Assembly (NCBI GenBank): GCA_965261085.1
Contig: OZ253442.1
Span: 576,001-640,000, forward strand
Length of the DNA stretch: 64,000 nucleotides
Direction: 5' to 3'
Source of the DNA: a bacterium
GTDB taxonomy: Bacteria > UBA8248
Shown here: positions 52,297 to 62,059 of the stretch, piece after piece
How positions within the stretch are numbered: the first letter of the stretch is position 1
Layout: every line of letters begins with the position of its first letter
The notes under the pieces: generated by a model
What the model was told of the DNA's origin: nothing
The model's database searches: none
What the model saw: only the letters and a program-made list of their open reading frames with translations
Made by a program: the position numbers and the translations under genes

Positions 52297-53055
52297 GTGC
52301 ACGAACGATCCTCCATCAAAGATCACGTCGCCATCGTCACCGGCGCCACAGACGGCATCGGTCTGGCGACGGCGATACGCTTCGCGGATGAGGGCGCGAA
52401 GGTGGCCATCATGGGGCGGGATCCCGAGCGGGGAACCGCGGCGCTCGCCACGGTGGGCGCGCACGGCGACGCCATCTACGTCCAGGGCGACGCCGCCCGC
52501 ACGGAAGACGTCGACCTTCTTTTCGCCCGCACGCTCGGCGCGTGGGGCCGCCTCGATATTCTGGTGAACTGCGCGGGTGGCTTCGTGGAGGTGTCCGACA
52601 TCGAGGATCTTGACGAGGCGGAGTGGGCGAAGATCGTGGACTGGAACCTGACGAGTTGTTATCTCGCCTCCCGGGCGGCGACGGCCCCCATGAAGGAGAG
52701 GGGCTATGGCCGCATCGTGAACATCTCCTCCATCTCCGCGCGCGATGCTCTCCCGAACATCTCGCTGGTTTACAGCGCCGCGAAATCCGCGATGCAGGGC
52801 TTCACGAGAAGGCTCGCGGCCGAACTCGCTCCCCACGGCATCACGGTGAACGCGGTAGCCCCGGGCGTGACGCTCACCAAGCGCTTTCGCCTCGTGCACC
52901 AGGAGCGCGTGCCGCAGATAGTGGCGAGCCTCCCCGTGGGCTTCGGCGGGGAGCCGGAGGATATCGCCGACGCGATCTGGTATTTCTCCACGCCGGGCTC
53001 GGGCTACGTTACGGGTGCGACCATCGACGTGAATGGCGGTCAATACGTGAATTAG
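52297..53055 (+). CDS. SDR family oxidoreductase (paralog of upstream gene)
   Basis: TGATDGIG, LVNCAG, YSAAK, NAVAPG, VNGG. Confidence 0.9.
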   Translation: MHERSSIKDHVAIVTGATDGIGLATAIRFADEGAKVAIMGRDPERGTAALATVGAHGDAIYVQGDAARTEDVDLLFARTLGAWGRLDILVNCAGGFVEVSDIEDLDEAEWAKIVDWNLTSCYLASRAATAPMKERGYGRIVNISSISARDALPNISLVYSAAKSAMQGFTRRLAAELAPHGITVNAVAPGVTLTKRFRLVHQERVPQIVASLPVGFGGEPEDIADAIWYFSTPGSGYVTGATIDVNGGQYVN

Positions 53056-53163
53056 GGGTTTGGAAAATTTCGCTCCGCGCACCTCGAAACCGCGTGGTTT
53101 CATGATATCATCTCCAGGCTCGAGAGTTTTCAAAGCCGTCTAAATATTAGAGGAGCTAAGCAA

Positions 53164-53562
53164 ATGCGACGCCCCATGCTTGTGATCGCCTTGTTCTTGC
53201 TCGCCGCCGCCCTGGTCTTCCCGCAAGCCGCGCTCGCCGAAGGCCGCTGGAAGCCCTACGACGCCAAGGCGTTCACCCAGGCCAAAAAGGACGGAAAGAC
53301 GATATTCGTCTCCGTCCACACAGACTGGTGAGGTACCTGCAAGCGGCAGGTGCCGCTGCTACAGTCCCTGATGCAGGAGAAGAAGTTCGCCAACGCCGCC
53401 ACGTTCCAGGTGCAGTACGACACCCAGCGCGATTTTCTCAAGGCGCACAAAGTTCGCTGGCAGTCGACGATTCTCGTCTTTAAGGGCGCGCAGGAAAAAG
53501 GCCGCTCGACGGGCGACGTGGACAAGGCGAGTATACGAAACCTCATGGAGCGCGCGCTTTAG
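53164..53562 (+). CDS. secreted selenocysteine-containing thioredoxin-family protein (W-U-G-T-C)
   Basis: GAGGAG RBS, signal peptide ending ALA, ...VSVHTDW-TGA(53329-53331)-GTCKRQ..., QSTILVFKG..E..R. Confidence 0.88.
53342..53357 (+). promoter_or_regulatory. putative bacterial SECIS element (thioredoxin gene)
   Basis: AGCGGC-AGGU-GCCGCU, loop starts 17 nt after UGA. Confidence 0.65.
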
Positions 53563-53584
53563 GGCGGGCGAATCCGGCGCACCG

Positions 53585-53608
53585 AGGCCCGCTACGGCGG
53601 GCCTTTTT
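53585..53608 (+). terminator. intrinsic terminator
   Basis: AGGCCCGC-TACG-GCGGGCCT followed by T run, between convergent genes. Confidence 0.8.
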
Positions 53609-53614
53609 GCGTTT

Positions 53615-54670
53615 TTACCTAAGCGGTGAAACGGCGACCTCCCCGTCTTTGATGGAGATGTCCGTCCCGTAGGGAGCGGAGAAATTCTGCATCATGTTCA
53701 CGATCGCGCGGCCCTCTCCCTGTCTGGGCGAGAGCAGCCGGGGCGCGCGGTCCACGCCGCAGCGGCAGGGGATGAGGTGAAGGTCGCTCACTCCTTCCTC
53801 CTCCATACGCCCGCCCAGCAGAAACGTCTGATTCGTCGCCTCCGTGAAAAACGGTTCGATCTCATCGAAGATCAGATTTCCGGTGCAGTGGACGATGGGC
53901 CGGCCGTTATAGAACTCGATCGCAGAGAGGACGTGCTGGTGCCCGCCGAAAACGGCGCAGGCGCCTGCGTCGATCGCCGCGTGCCCGATCTCCCTTTGGT
54001 GCTCGTGCACCTCGTGGCGTATGCTCACCCCCCAGTGCTGGTACACGAAAACGAGGTCGACTTGTTCCTTGAGCCGCCCGATGTCTTCTTTCATCCGCGC
54101 GAGGTCCTCCGCCACCGCCCAGGAATGGATGACGGGTTCGGAAGCCGGGTATTCGTCCAGGTTTCTGAGCGGCGTGTAGGACGTTCTGACGCGCAGCGGG
54201 TTTACCCCGGGTTCATCCGGGCCGGCCGCGTGGCTTTGGGGCAGCACGGACGAGTAGGCGAGCAGGCCGAGCTTAAGTCCGCCGCGTTCCACGATGGCGG
54301 GTGCTCCCGCTTCTTCTGAATCCATACCTGCGCCCGTGAAGGGGATGCCCGCGCGGCGCAGCGTCACCATGGTCTGCTCGAGCGAAGCAACTCCAAAGTC
54401 GAGCATGTGGTTGTTCGCGATTCCCACCGCGTCGAAGCCGGCGTCCACCAGGCCCGCCACGAGAGCGGGGCGCCCCCGGTGGCGGGTAGGCTTTCCCTTC
54501 ATGAGTTCGCCGCGCGTGGAGAGCGCGTTCTCGAGGTTCGCGAAAGAAAAATCGGCGTCTCGAAAAAATTTCCCCAGGCGGCCGAACATTCCCTTGGCCG
54601 AACCCCTGTCTGGCGCCAGGTCTCCGCTCGTGAGAAAAGAAGCGGTTTTTTGCGGATTCTTTTTATTCAT
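53615..54670 (-). CDS. CapA/PgsA family metallophosphoesterase
   Basis: GD, ANLE, ANNH..DFG, HWG, G.HQHV, GNLIF. Confidence 0.88.
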   Translation of the reverse strand: MNKKNPQKTASFLTSGDLAPDRGSAKGMFGRLGKFFRDADFSFANLENALSTRGELMKGKPTRHRGRPALVAGLVDAGFDAVGIANNHMLDFGVASLEQTMVTLRRAGIPFTGAGMDSEEAGAPAIVERGGLKLGLLAYSSVLPQSHAAGPDEPGVNPLRVRTSYTPLRNLDEYPASEPVIHSWAVAEDLARMKEDIGRLKEQVDLVFVYQHWGVSIRHEVHEHQREIGHAAIDAGACAVFGGHQHVLSAIEFYNGRPIVHCTGNLIFDEIEPFFTEATNQTFLLGGRMEEEGVSDLHLIPCRCGVDRAPRLLSPRQGEGRAIVNMMQNFSAPYGTDISIKDGEVAVSPLR

Positions 54671-55724
54671 TGATGAGTCCTCTGTGAAAATGGGGAGAAG
54701 CCGATACGGCGTACTCCCTGGGGTCGGTGCTTCTTAATTCATCGGCCGCGCGTTCGGGAGCCACCTCGTTGATGTGCGCGCCCAGGCCCGTCTCGAGGCC
54801 CGCCAGGGGCGTGAGACGCGGGAAAAGCTCGATATGCCAGCGATGCGCGTCAGGATTATCCTCCGCTCCTTTCGCCGCAAGCAGAAAAGAGAGGTTGACG
54901 GGCGGATCGTGAAGAAGTTCCTTATAGCGCCTCAACGTCCGCGCCAGGGCGCCTCCGGCAGCGGCGATTGCTCCGGGCGGGCTCTGTGTGAAGGAGGCCT
55001 CCGTCGGCCAGGGGCTGATATAGGTGAGATAGGGAAAGCGCGAGCCCCAGGGGCAGAACACGGAGGCTCCCTCTTCTCCCGTTTCGACCATCCGCTCTCC
55101 GCCTTCGCGCTCCGCATCGAGCATGTGATCTAAAAGCGCGGTTTTCCGCTCCTTGTAGAAAGCGGCCTCTTTTTCCAGCTTCTGCTCGACGACGCCGGTC
55201 CCGACCGGGAGGACAAGTATCTGGAAATGTGAGTGGAGGATGGATGCGCCCGCCTGCGCGCCATGATTCTTGAAGGCGCAGACGCAGCGAACGCCGGGGG
55301 CCTCGGCGAGCGCCCGGGTCCTCTCCTGCAGCAGGCGCAGAACCTCGGCCGCATGCGCTTCGCCCAAATCGGCCAGGCCCTTCGTGTGACGGGGCGAATC
55401 GATGAGCACCTCGTGGCGCCCCCCGCCCCTGAGGGAGAAAAAGCCGTCTTCGCCCTCGCGCGCAAGCTCTCTGCTCCCGACGGCAGGATATTTGTTCGCC
55501 ACGCAGCGCGCGCGCCAGCCGGGCGCGTTCTTGGCGCTCCCGTCTTCTCTGATGGCGGCAACCTCGGGCGGCGTTTCGCCCTCGTTTCCGGGGCAGAAGG
55601 GGCAGGCCGGGTCGTCTCGCGCAGGAGTGGCGTTTGCGTAAAACGCAGGATGGGGCCGCGCGCGCCTGTCGGGTGCGATGAGCGTCCATTCGCCGCGGTG
55701 CGGGTCGTATCTTAACTCGGGCAT
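54663..55724 (-). CDS. galT: galactose-1-phosphate uridylyltransferase-like (GalT) protein
   Basis: ELR.DP...W..IA..R..RP, CPFCPGNE, NKYP, N.G..AGAS..HSH.Q, HWHIE-like motif. Confidence 0.85.
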   Translation of the reverse strand: MPELRYDPHRGEWTLIAPDRRARPHPAFYANATPARDDPACPFCPGNEGETPPEVAAIREDGSAKNAPGWRARCVANKYPAVGSRELAREGEDGFFSLRGGGRHEVLIDSPRHTKGLADLGEAHAAEVLRLLQERTRALAEAPGVRCVCAFKNHGAQAGASILHSHFQILVLPVGTGVVEQKLEKEAAFYKERKTALLDHMLDAEREGGERMVETGEEGASVFCPWGSRFPYLTYISPWPTEASFTQSPPGAIAAAGGALARTLRRYKELLHDPPVNLSFLLAAKGAEDNPDAHRWHIELFPRLTPLAGLETGLGAHINEVAPERAADELRSTDPREYAVSASPHFHRGLINE

Positions 55725-56111
55725 GAGCGTCTCGCTTTTTTGTGAATGCGAATACTAAAACAATGTTAGCATGCATGATAATTTTTCAAAGATAAAAAGA
55801 GGCGCTAGCGCAAAAAAGACGAAAGTTTGTTCGGCATGGTGCGGTATTCGGCTCTGCTCGCCTCCTGTCATGGGGCAGGGCGGGAGGCGCGCATGCCTTG
55901 GATGAATGGCGGTTTGCCTTTTCGCGCCGATCCGCATAAACTTTTGGACGACTCAAAAAACCAGACTTGGCGGCGCGAGGGGCGCCGTAGATTCAGTCCG
56001 CAAGCAAATCCGCAGGGGCCTTGGGAGAGGAGTTGGACTTTCTCTTGGGAGGAGGCTCCTGATCTTTTCTTTGAATCGACCGACTCACACAACGAGAACA
56101 GGGAGCCAGAC

Positions 56112-57146
56112 ATGAAATCCAGAGCTTTGCTTATCGCCATTTTCTTCGTCGTCCTAGTAGTGGGGGCTATCTCCGCGCCCGGCAGGGCGGACGCCGCCTG
56201 CAGTGTTCGTATCGGCGACCTGAACTGGGACAGCGCCAATTTTCACGATCAGGTGGCCGCCTTCATCCTGAAGCACGGCTACGGCTGCCAGGTGACACTC
56301 ATCTACGGCGCCTCGCTGCCGATCATGGCGGCCCACTACCAGGGGAAGAACGACCTGATCATGGAGCTTTGGTACGACAACGTAAAGGATCAGTACGACC
56401 CCGCCATGAAAAGCGGCAAGGTCAAGCAAGTGGGTGTCAACACACCGGACAGCGCACAGGGCTGGTACATACCGCGCTTCGTCCAGAAGGCGAATCCGGG
56501 CTTAAAGTCGGTCCATGACCTGGTGAAATACAAACACCTCTTCAAGGACCCCGAAGAACCCTCCAAGGGCCGGTTTGTGAACTGCATCCCCGGCTGGGGC
56601 TGTGAGGTCATCAACACGGTGAAGATGCGCGTCTACGGGATGGAAAAACATTTCACCAATTTCCGGCCCGGCTCGGGCGGCGCGCTCGCGGCGGCCATCA
56701 AGGGGGCGTATCTCAAGAAAAAGCCGGTCCTGGCCTATTACTGGGCGCCGACGCCGCTTCTCGGCCAACTCGATTTGGTCCAACTCGAAGAGCCGGCATG
56801 GAACGAGGCCGACTGGGACGATATGATGAAGCACGTGAACGCGCTCAAGAAAGGCGGCGTGGAGGCCATGGGGAATCCCAAGAAGGCGACCGCCTACCGG
56901 ACGGCGGAGTTGCCGAAGTCGGTCACCACGAAGTTCGCGGCCAAGAATCCCGGGATCGTCGCCTTCATCAAAAAGTACACCCTCTCGTCCCAGGTCGTCT
57001 CGAAGGCGCTGGCCTATCTCAAGAAGGAAGCCGGCGGCGACGCCGGGGCCACCGCGATTCATTTCTTGAAGACCAACAAGGTCTGGAAGAGTTGGGTTCC
57101 GGCCGACGTCGTGAAAAAAGTCGAGGAGGCGCTCAAATCGGCTTGA
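56112..57146 (+). CDS. proX: glycine betaine/proline ABC transporter substrate-binding protein
   Basis: Signal peptide, NWDS, E.W, C.PGWGC, YYW.PT. Confidence 0.85.
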   Translation: MKSRALLIAIFFVVLVVGAISAPGRADAACSVRIGDLNWDSANFHDQVAAFILKHGYGCQVTLIYGASLPIMAAHYQGKNDLIMELWYDNVKDQYDPAMKSGKVKQVGVNTPDSAQGWYIPRFVQKANPGLKSVHDLVKYKHLFKDPEEPSKGRFVNCIPGWGCEVINTVKMRVYGMEKHFTNFRPGSGGALAAAIKGAYLKKKPVLAYYWAPTPLLGQLDLVQLEEPAWNEADWDDMMKHVNALKKGGVEAMGNPKKATAYRTAELPKSVTTKFAAKNPGIVAFIKKYTLSSQVVSKALAYLKKEAGGDAGATAIHFLKTNKVWKSWVPADVVKKVEEALKSA

Positions 57147-57208
57147 GCCGCGCACGCGCGATGCCTTTTTCTCGTGAAGTTGCGTCATAGTCCCGGGGAG
57201 GCCCGCCC

Positions 57209-58117
57209 ATGATGAACTTTATCCGCGGACTGTTCCCCGAGTGGGCGGTCGAGTGGCCCAAGGGCCTGAACCTGCCGCTCAATAAATGGACCAACGATTT
57301 CGTGGAATGGCTGGTCACCGAGTACGGGGTCATCTTCGAGACCGCCTCGGACGGGATTCTCGTGGTGCTGGTGGGTCTGGAGCGTTTCCTGCGGGATCTT
57401 CCCTGGGTCGTCGTGTTCGTGGGCGTGATCGCGATCACCTACTTCTCGAGCGGGCGCAAGCGGGGACTGACCGCCCTCGTGGCCGCTTGCATGTTCCTCA
57501 TCGGCCTCGTCGATCCCAAGCTCTGGGACTATTCGATGATGACGCTTTCGGTGATGCTGGTCTCCACCATCATCTGCATCGGCCTGGGCGTTCCGGTCGG
57601 CATCGGGATCTCGAGAAACGACGAGATGCGCGACATGGTGCTGCCCGCGCTCGACCTCATGCAGACCATGCCGAGCTTCGTCTATCTCATTCCGGCGATC
57701 ATGCTCTTCGGCCTGGGCGCGGTGCCCGCCGTCTTCGCCACGGTGATCTACGCCATTCCGCCCGTCATCCGCCTGACAGATTTAGGCATCCGCCTGGTGG
57801 ATGAGGACATCGTCGAGGCTTCAGACGCCATGGGCGCGAGCAAGAGGCAGAAGCTCCTCCGCGTGCAGATACCGATGGCGCTGCCCAACATCATGCAGGG
57901 AGTCAACCAGACCACGATGATGGCGCTCTCGATGGTGGTGGTCGCCTCGATGATTGGAACCCGCGGACTCGGCACCGAGGTGCTCATCGGCCTCCAGCAG
58001 CTCAACGTCGGGCGCGCGCTGGAGGCCGGCGTGGCTATCGTGCTGCTAGCCATCGTCATGGACCGCGTCACCCAGGCCTATGGCGGGCGCTTCATCCGCA
58101 CGAGCGGGAGGGAGTGA
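57209..58117 (+). CDS. proW: glycine betaine/proline ABC transporter permease
   Basis: LD.MQTMP.FVYLIP, IRLT.LGIR, G.NQT.MMALSMVV.ASMIG. Confidence 0.92.
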   Translation: MMNFIRGLFPEWAVEWPKGLNLPLNKWTNDFVEWLVTEYGVIFETASDGILVVLVGLERFLRDLPWVVVFVGVIAITYFSSGRKRGLTALVAACMFLIGLVDPKLWDYSMMTLSVMLVSTIICIGLGVPVGIGISRNDEMRDMVLPALDLMQTMPSFVYLIPAIMLFGLGAVPAVFATVIYAIPPVIRLTDLGIRLVDEDIVEASDAMGASKRQKLLRVQIPMALPNIMQGVNQTTMMALSMVVVASMIGTRGLGTEVLIGLQQLNVGRALEAGVAIVLLAIVMDRVTQAYGGRFIRTSGRE

Positions 58118-58121
58118 GCCT

Positions 58122-59150
58122 ATGGCGCTGATCGAGATACGAAACGTCTACAAGATATTCGGAACAGGACGCGCGGGGGAAACCGCGCTGGACTTGGCCC
58201 GTGCGGGAGTCGAGAAGAACGACGTGCTGGTCGAAACCGGCTGCACGCTGGGGCTGAAAGACGTGAGCCTCTCCGTCGAGAGCGGGGAGATTTTCGTGGT
58301 CATGGGCCTTTCGGGATCGGGAAAATCGACCTTGATCCGCCATATCAACCGGCTGATAGACCCGACCACGGGCAAGATTCTCGTTGATGAAAGGGACGTT
58401 CTCGATCTCTCGCCCGAGGAGTTGCTCGCGTTCCGCCGGGGCGTCGTGAGCATGGTCTTTCAGCGATTCGCGCTCTTCCCGCACATGACGGTGCTAGAGA
58501 ACGTGGGCTACGGCTTGGAAGTCCAGGGAACCGAGTACGCTCAGCGACGACGGCGCGCGATGCGCTGGGTAGAGGACGTGGGGCTCATCGGTTATGAGAA
58601 CGCCTACCCGGCCCAGCTCTCGGGCGGCATGCAGCAGCGGGTGGGCCTGGCGCGCGCCCTGTGCACGGACCCCGACATCCTGCTCATGGACGAACCCTTC
58701 AGCGCCCTGGACCCGCTGATACGCAAGCAGATGCAGGATCATCTCATCGCGCTCCAGCGCGACCTCAAAAAGACCATCGTGTTCATCACCCACGATCTCG
58801 ACGAGGCGCTCAAGCTGGGCGATCACGTCGCGATCTTGAAAGACGGCGTGGTCGACCAGATAGGCGGGCCGGAGGAGATTCTGCTCTACCCGGCCACCGA
58901 CTACGTGCGCGAGTTCGTGCGCGACGTGAAGCGGGGCCGCGTGGTGACGGCGGGCTCCATCATGACGCCTCCGTGCAGCGAGACCACCGGACCTGTCGTA
59001 TCGCGCGACACCGTGCTTCAGGAGATTCTGCCCAAGTGCATCGAGAGCGAATCGCCGCTGCGGGTGGTGGACGCAGCGGGCGCCGTCGTCGGCGCCGTCT
59101 CGCGTGAAACCCTCCTGCGCGGCCTGGCGGATCGTTTCAGGAAGAGGTAG
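58122..59150 (+). CDS. proV: glycine betaine/proline ABC transporter ATPase
   Basis: MGLSGSGKST, LSGGMQQRVGLARAL, DEPFSALDPLIR. Confidence 0.92.
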   Translation: MALIEIRNVYKIFGTGRAGETALDLARAGVEKNDVLVETGCTLGLKDVSLSVESGEIFVVMGLSGSGKSTLIRHINRLIDPTTGKILVDERDVLDLSPEELLAFRRGVVSMVFQRFALFPHMTVLENVGYGLEVQGTEYAQRRRRAMRWVEDVGLIGYENAYPAQLSGGMQQRVGLARALCTDPDILLMDEPFSALDPLIRKQMQDHLIALQRDLKKTIVFITHDLDEALKLGDHVAILKDGVVDQIGGPEEILLYPATDYVREFVRDVKRGRVVTAGSIMTPPCSETTGPVVSRDTVLQEILPKCIESESPLRVVDAAGAVVGAVSRETLLRGLADRFRKR

Positions 59151-59416
59151 GGAGGGACCTGCGCCTCCGTTCGGTATTTGCGTCCGGCCTCTGAACAATC
59201 CTTCCTTCCACTATCGAGGCTGATCTGTAGTGACAGTCCCTCATCGGGATTGTCCCACAGGCCCCCGCGCCTGTCCGACGCGCTCGTCCTAAAAAGGACA
59301 ACCACAGGGGGTTGTCCCTACGGGAGACTCGATAATTTCGTAGGGGAGAACCTGCGTGTTCTCCCGTGCGGATGCGAGCACTATAAGAGCGGGCGGACAC
59401 AAAGGTCCGCCCCTAC
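59147..59416. repeat. cluster of five GTAG-type REP-like palindromes
   Basis: GTAG-led hairpins at 59147, 59227-59256, 59340-59365 (+) and CTAC-ended ones at 59296-59321, 59391-59416 (-). Confidence 0.75.
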
Positions 59417-59565
59417 AGCCTCTCCTTGATTGCTGGAATTGACCCTCAAGAGAGAAGCAACCCCTTGCAATAATGACTTAAATCCGGTTCATTACGCCCG
59501 ACCGCAATGCGCGCGGCCGCTCAGGGCGCGCGCACATTCTCAAGAGATGGAAAGCGAAGAGGCGG

Positions 59566-60990
59566 ATGAGCGATTTTGAGAGAGAGACCATCGTTGCGCT
59601 GTCCACGGCGCCCGGGCGCGGGGCCATCGCCATCGTCCGCCTGAGCGGCGCCGGGTCGCTTCCCATTCTCGAGGGAATCTTCACGCCGAGGAAAGAAAGA
59701 AGAGCCTTTCCCGGGAGGAGGCCCGTGCTGGGACGCTTCATGGACGAGGGCCAGGCCTTTGATGAGGGTCTCGCGCTCTATCATCCGGGTCCCGATTCGC
59801 TCACCGGCGAGGACGTGGTCGAGATGCACTGCCACGGCGGCCCGGCCATCGTGGGGACCATTCTGCGCCTCGCCCGGGAGATGGGGGCCAGACCGGCCCA
59901 GGAGGGGGAATTCACCCGGCGCGCCTTTTTGGAGGGGAAGATCGACCTGCTCCAGGCGGAAGCCGTGGCGGACCTCGTGACCGCGCAAACCGAAAAAGCG
60001 GCGCGCGCGGCGCTCCATCACCTGGAAGGACGCCTCTCCAAGGCCCTGGAGGAGGTGTGGGAGAAGGTGGTGGAGGCGGGCGCGCACATCGAGGCGGCCA
60101 TTGATTTCCCCGACGAGTTCGAGCCGGGCGCGGGGCCTTCCGTTTCTGGCGCGCCGATGGGAAGCGCAGAACTCGCAGGCCTTTTCGCGGAGATAGAAAC
60201 CGCGCTCGGGAGGCTCATCGAGAGCTACCGCTCCGGCAGAATCTTGAGAGAAGGCGCGCGCGTGGCCATTCTCGGCAGGCCCAACGCGGGGAAATCCACG
60301 CTTTTGAACGCGATTTTGGGGGCGGATCGCGCCATTACCAGCGAAATTCCCGGCACCACGCGGGACACGGTGGAGGAAATTTGCGATATGGGGGGCGCGC
60401 CGGTGCGGCTCATCGACACGGCGGGTTTGCGCGATACCGGGGATCCGGTGGAACTCGAAGGAACCGAACGCGCCCGCAAGGCGGCGGGAGCAGCCGATTT
60501 GAGCCTGATGGTCGTGGACGTTACGGCGGGCGATGCCGAAGTGGCGTGGGCGGCCGGTGAGGCGAGCGCACTGGATTGTGATAATCTGTTTGTTTTCAAT
60601 AAGATAGATAAGGCATCCCATGAAATGAAAGAGTGCGCCCGCGCCTTGTTGCGTGAGTTGGCGCCGGATGCGCCCGAGGCGCTCTTCATCTCAGCACTTA
60701 CGGGCGAGGGGGTCTCCAAGTTGCGCGAAGAGGTGGCGCGTGTTTTGATTGATGAGGAGGGCATCTCGGGCGCCGAGTCTATGCTCACGAGGGAGCGTCA
60801 CCATGGCCAAATCGCAAAATGCCTGGAAGCGGTACGATGCGCCAGGGGGGGCGCCGAGGATGCGATCTCCCCCGAACTGGTGGCGGTCCACCTAAATGAA
60901 GCGCAAACCGCGCTCTCAGAACTCCTGGGCAGAGATTACGGACAGGCGCTTCTGGACAGGATTTTTTCCACGTTTTGTATTGGGAAGTAA
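59566..60990 (+). CDS. mnmE: tRNA modification GTPase MnmE/TrmE
   Basis: ETIVA.ST..G, TGEDVVE..CHG, GEFTRRAF, GRPNAGKS, GTTRD, DTAG, FCIGK. Confidence 0.96.
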   Translation: MSDFERETIVALSTAPGRGAIAIVRLSGAGSLPILEGIFTPRKERRAFPGRRPVLGRFMDEGQAFDEGLALYHPGPDSLTGEDVVEMHCHGGPAIVGTILRLAREMGARPAQEGEFTRRAFLEGKIDLLQAEAVADLVTAQTEKAARAALHHLEGRLSKALEEVWEKVVEAGAHIEAAIDFPDEFEPGAGPSVSGAPMGSAELAGLFAEIETALGRLIESYRSGRILREGARVAILGRPNAGKSTLLNAILGADRAITSEIPGTTRDTVEEICDMGGAPVRLIDTAGLRDTGDPVELEGTERARKAAGAADLSLMVVDVTAGDAEVAWAAGEASALDCDNLFVFNKIDKASHEMKECARALLRELAPDAPEALFISALTGEGVSKLREEVARVLIDEEGISGAESMLTRERHHGQIAKCLEAVRCARGGAEDAISPELVAVHLNEAQTALSELLGRDYGQALLDRIFSTFCIGK

Positions 60991-61056
60991 AAATAGTTAA
61001 AATAACAACAAAGACTTAGCGTAAGAAAAAGTCCTCGCGTTGTCATTTTGCCAAAG

Positions 61057-61962
61057 CTATTTCCGAGTTAAGCGCTTTTTCCAATCTTTCGGTAACCACA
61101 TTGCCAGACGCCAACGCTTTTCTCGGGCTATCGGTTCAATCAAGTCCGCACATTGCTTGCACCATTGATCCCTGTTTCCCGTGTTCTTCAACAGACACCG
61201 CAACATCAGGAGAACGTAGAAAATGCGATCGTTTCTGGGTGGAGTCGGCTGGTTCCCAGCTTGGCCGCGCGGGGTTGCAGAGCGAATTGAAAGCTTTCTA
61301 TTCCAAAGCCGACCATGATGAGCGCACAAATTTCGAATATAAGTTAGCTGATGCAGCCAATCCCTCAATTTATTATGGTGAAGGCCCAATTGACCGGAAA
61401 TCGCTCTCTTGTCATCGTTCTTCAGCCCTTTGTAGCCGATAGACAAGCTTCGGAATGACATCACTTCCGCGGCCATCCAGATTGGCAAGACAGGAAAGTC
61501 CGAGTACGTGCGCTTATAGTGAGCGATAAAGACATCCGTGGAGCGTTCCGCCTCTTCTTTGATTTTTGTGATCCACTGAGAATGATCAAACTGAACATGA
61601 AAATTCGACGATTCGGTATGCCCGAAAGTACCGTACGTGTGGCCAAGGTGGTCTGTCATCAAAGTGCGAATATAAACTTCTACTCTCTCGATGGCATCCA
61701 TGACCGCCAACCGTAAATAGCGGTCGAACTCATACAGTTTGATGACTTCGCTAAAGTTTGCGCCCGGGACGAAGTTGCTCGTCACATTGGAATGCTTGTC
61801 TCGAATGCGAAACGGATAACAGTAGGCAAGTAGGCGGAAATAGTTGACGGTCTTGAGCTTGGATAGGGCATAAGCCCTGTCATTGATGGCCAAACCGCGC
61901 TTGCTGAGTCGAGCCAATTGCTGTTCGAACGTAAAGGGCGGCTTTGTGTAAACCTTCGGCAT
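61057..61962 (-). CDS. Abi_2 (AbiF/AbiD-like) HEPN-domain protein
   Basis: KP..T.EQQ...L..RGL, NY.RL..Y, LY.FD..LR, P.W...E..SF, RNLCAHH.RLWN (RxxxxH); lower GC. Confidence 0.9.
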   Translation of the reverse strand: MPKVYTKPPFTFEQQLARLSKRGLAINDRAYALSKLKTVNYFRLLAYCYPFRIRDKHSNVTSNFVPGANFSEVIKLYEFDRYLRLAVMDAIERVEVYIRTLMTDHLGHTYGTFGHTESSNFHVQFDHSQWITKIKEEAERSTDVFIAHYKRTYSDFPVLPIWMAAEVMSFRSLSIGYKGLKNDDKRAISGQLGLHHNKLRDWLHQLTYIRNLCAHHGRLWNRKLSIRSATPRGQAGNQPTPPRNDRIFYVLLMLRCLLKNTGNRDQWCKQCADLIEPIAREKRWRLAMWLPKDWKKRLTRK

Positions 61963-61987
61963 AGCGAAGAACCCTAAACACGAGCAT

Positions 61988-62054
61988 AAAAAAAGCCACC
62001 AAGGTTGCGCATCATCAATACACATAATTGATGAGAGGCGTGGTGGCTATGTTG
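61988..62054 (-). ncRNA. abiF-like leader RNA (long hairpin plus U tract)
   Basis: AGCCACCA..UCAUCAAU-loop-AUUGAUGA..UGGUGGCU-UUUUUU between promoter and abi start. Confidence 0.65.
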
Positions 62055-62059
62055 CATTC

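Noticed and set aside
59147-59416. Possible CRISPR array
   Set aside because: Units alternate in orientation, differ in sequence and spacing, and no cas genes are present; fits REPs
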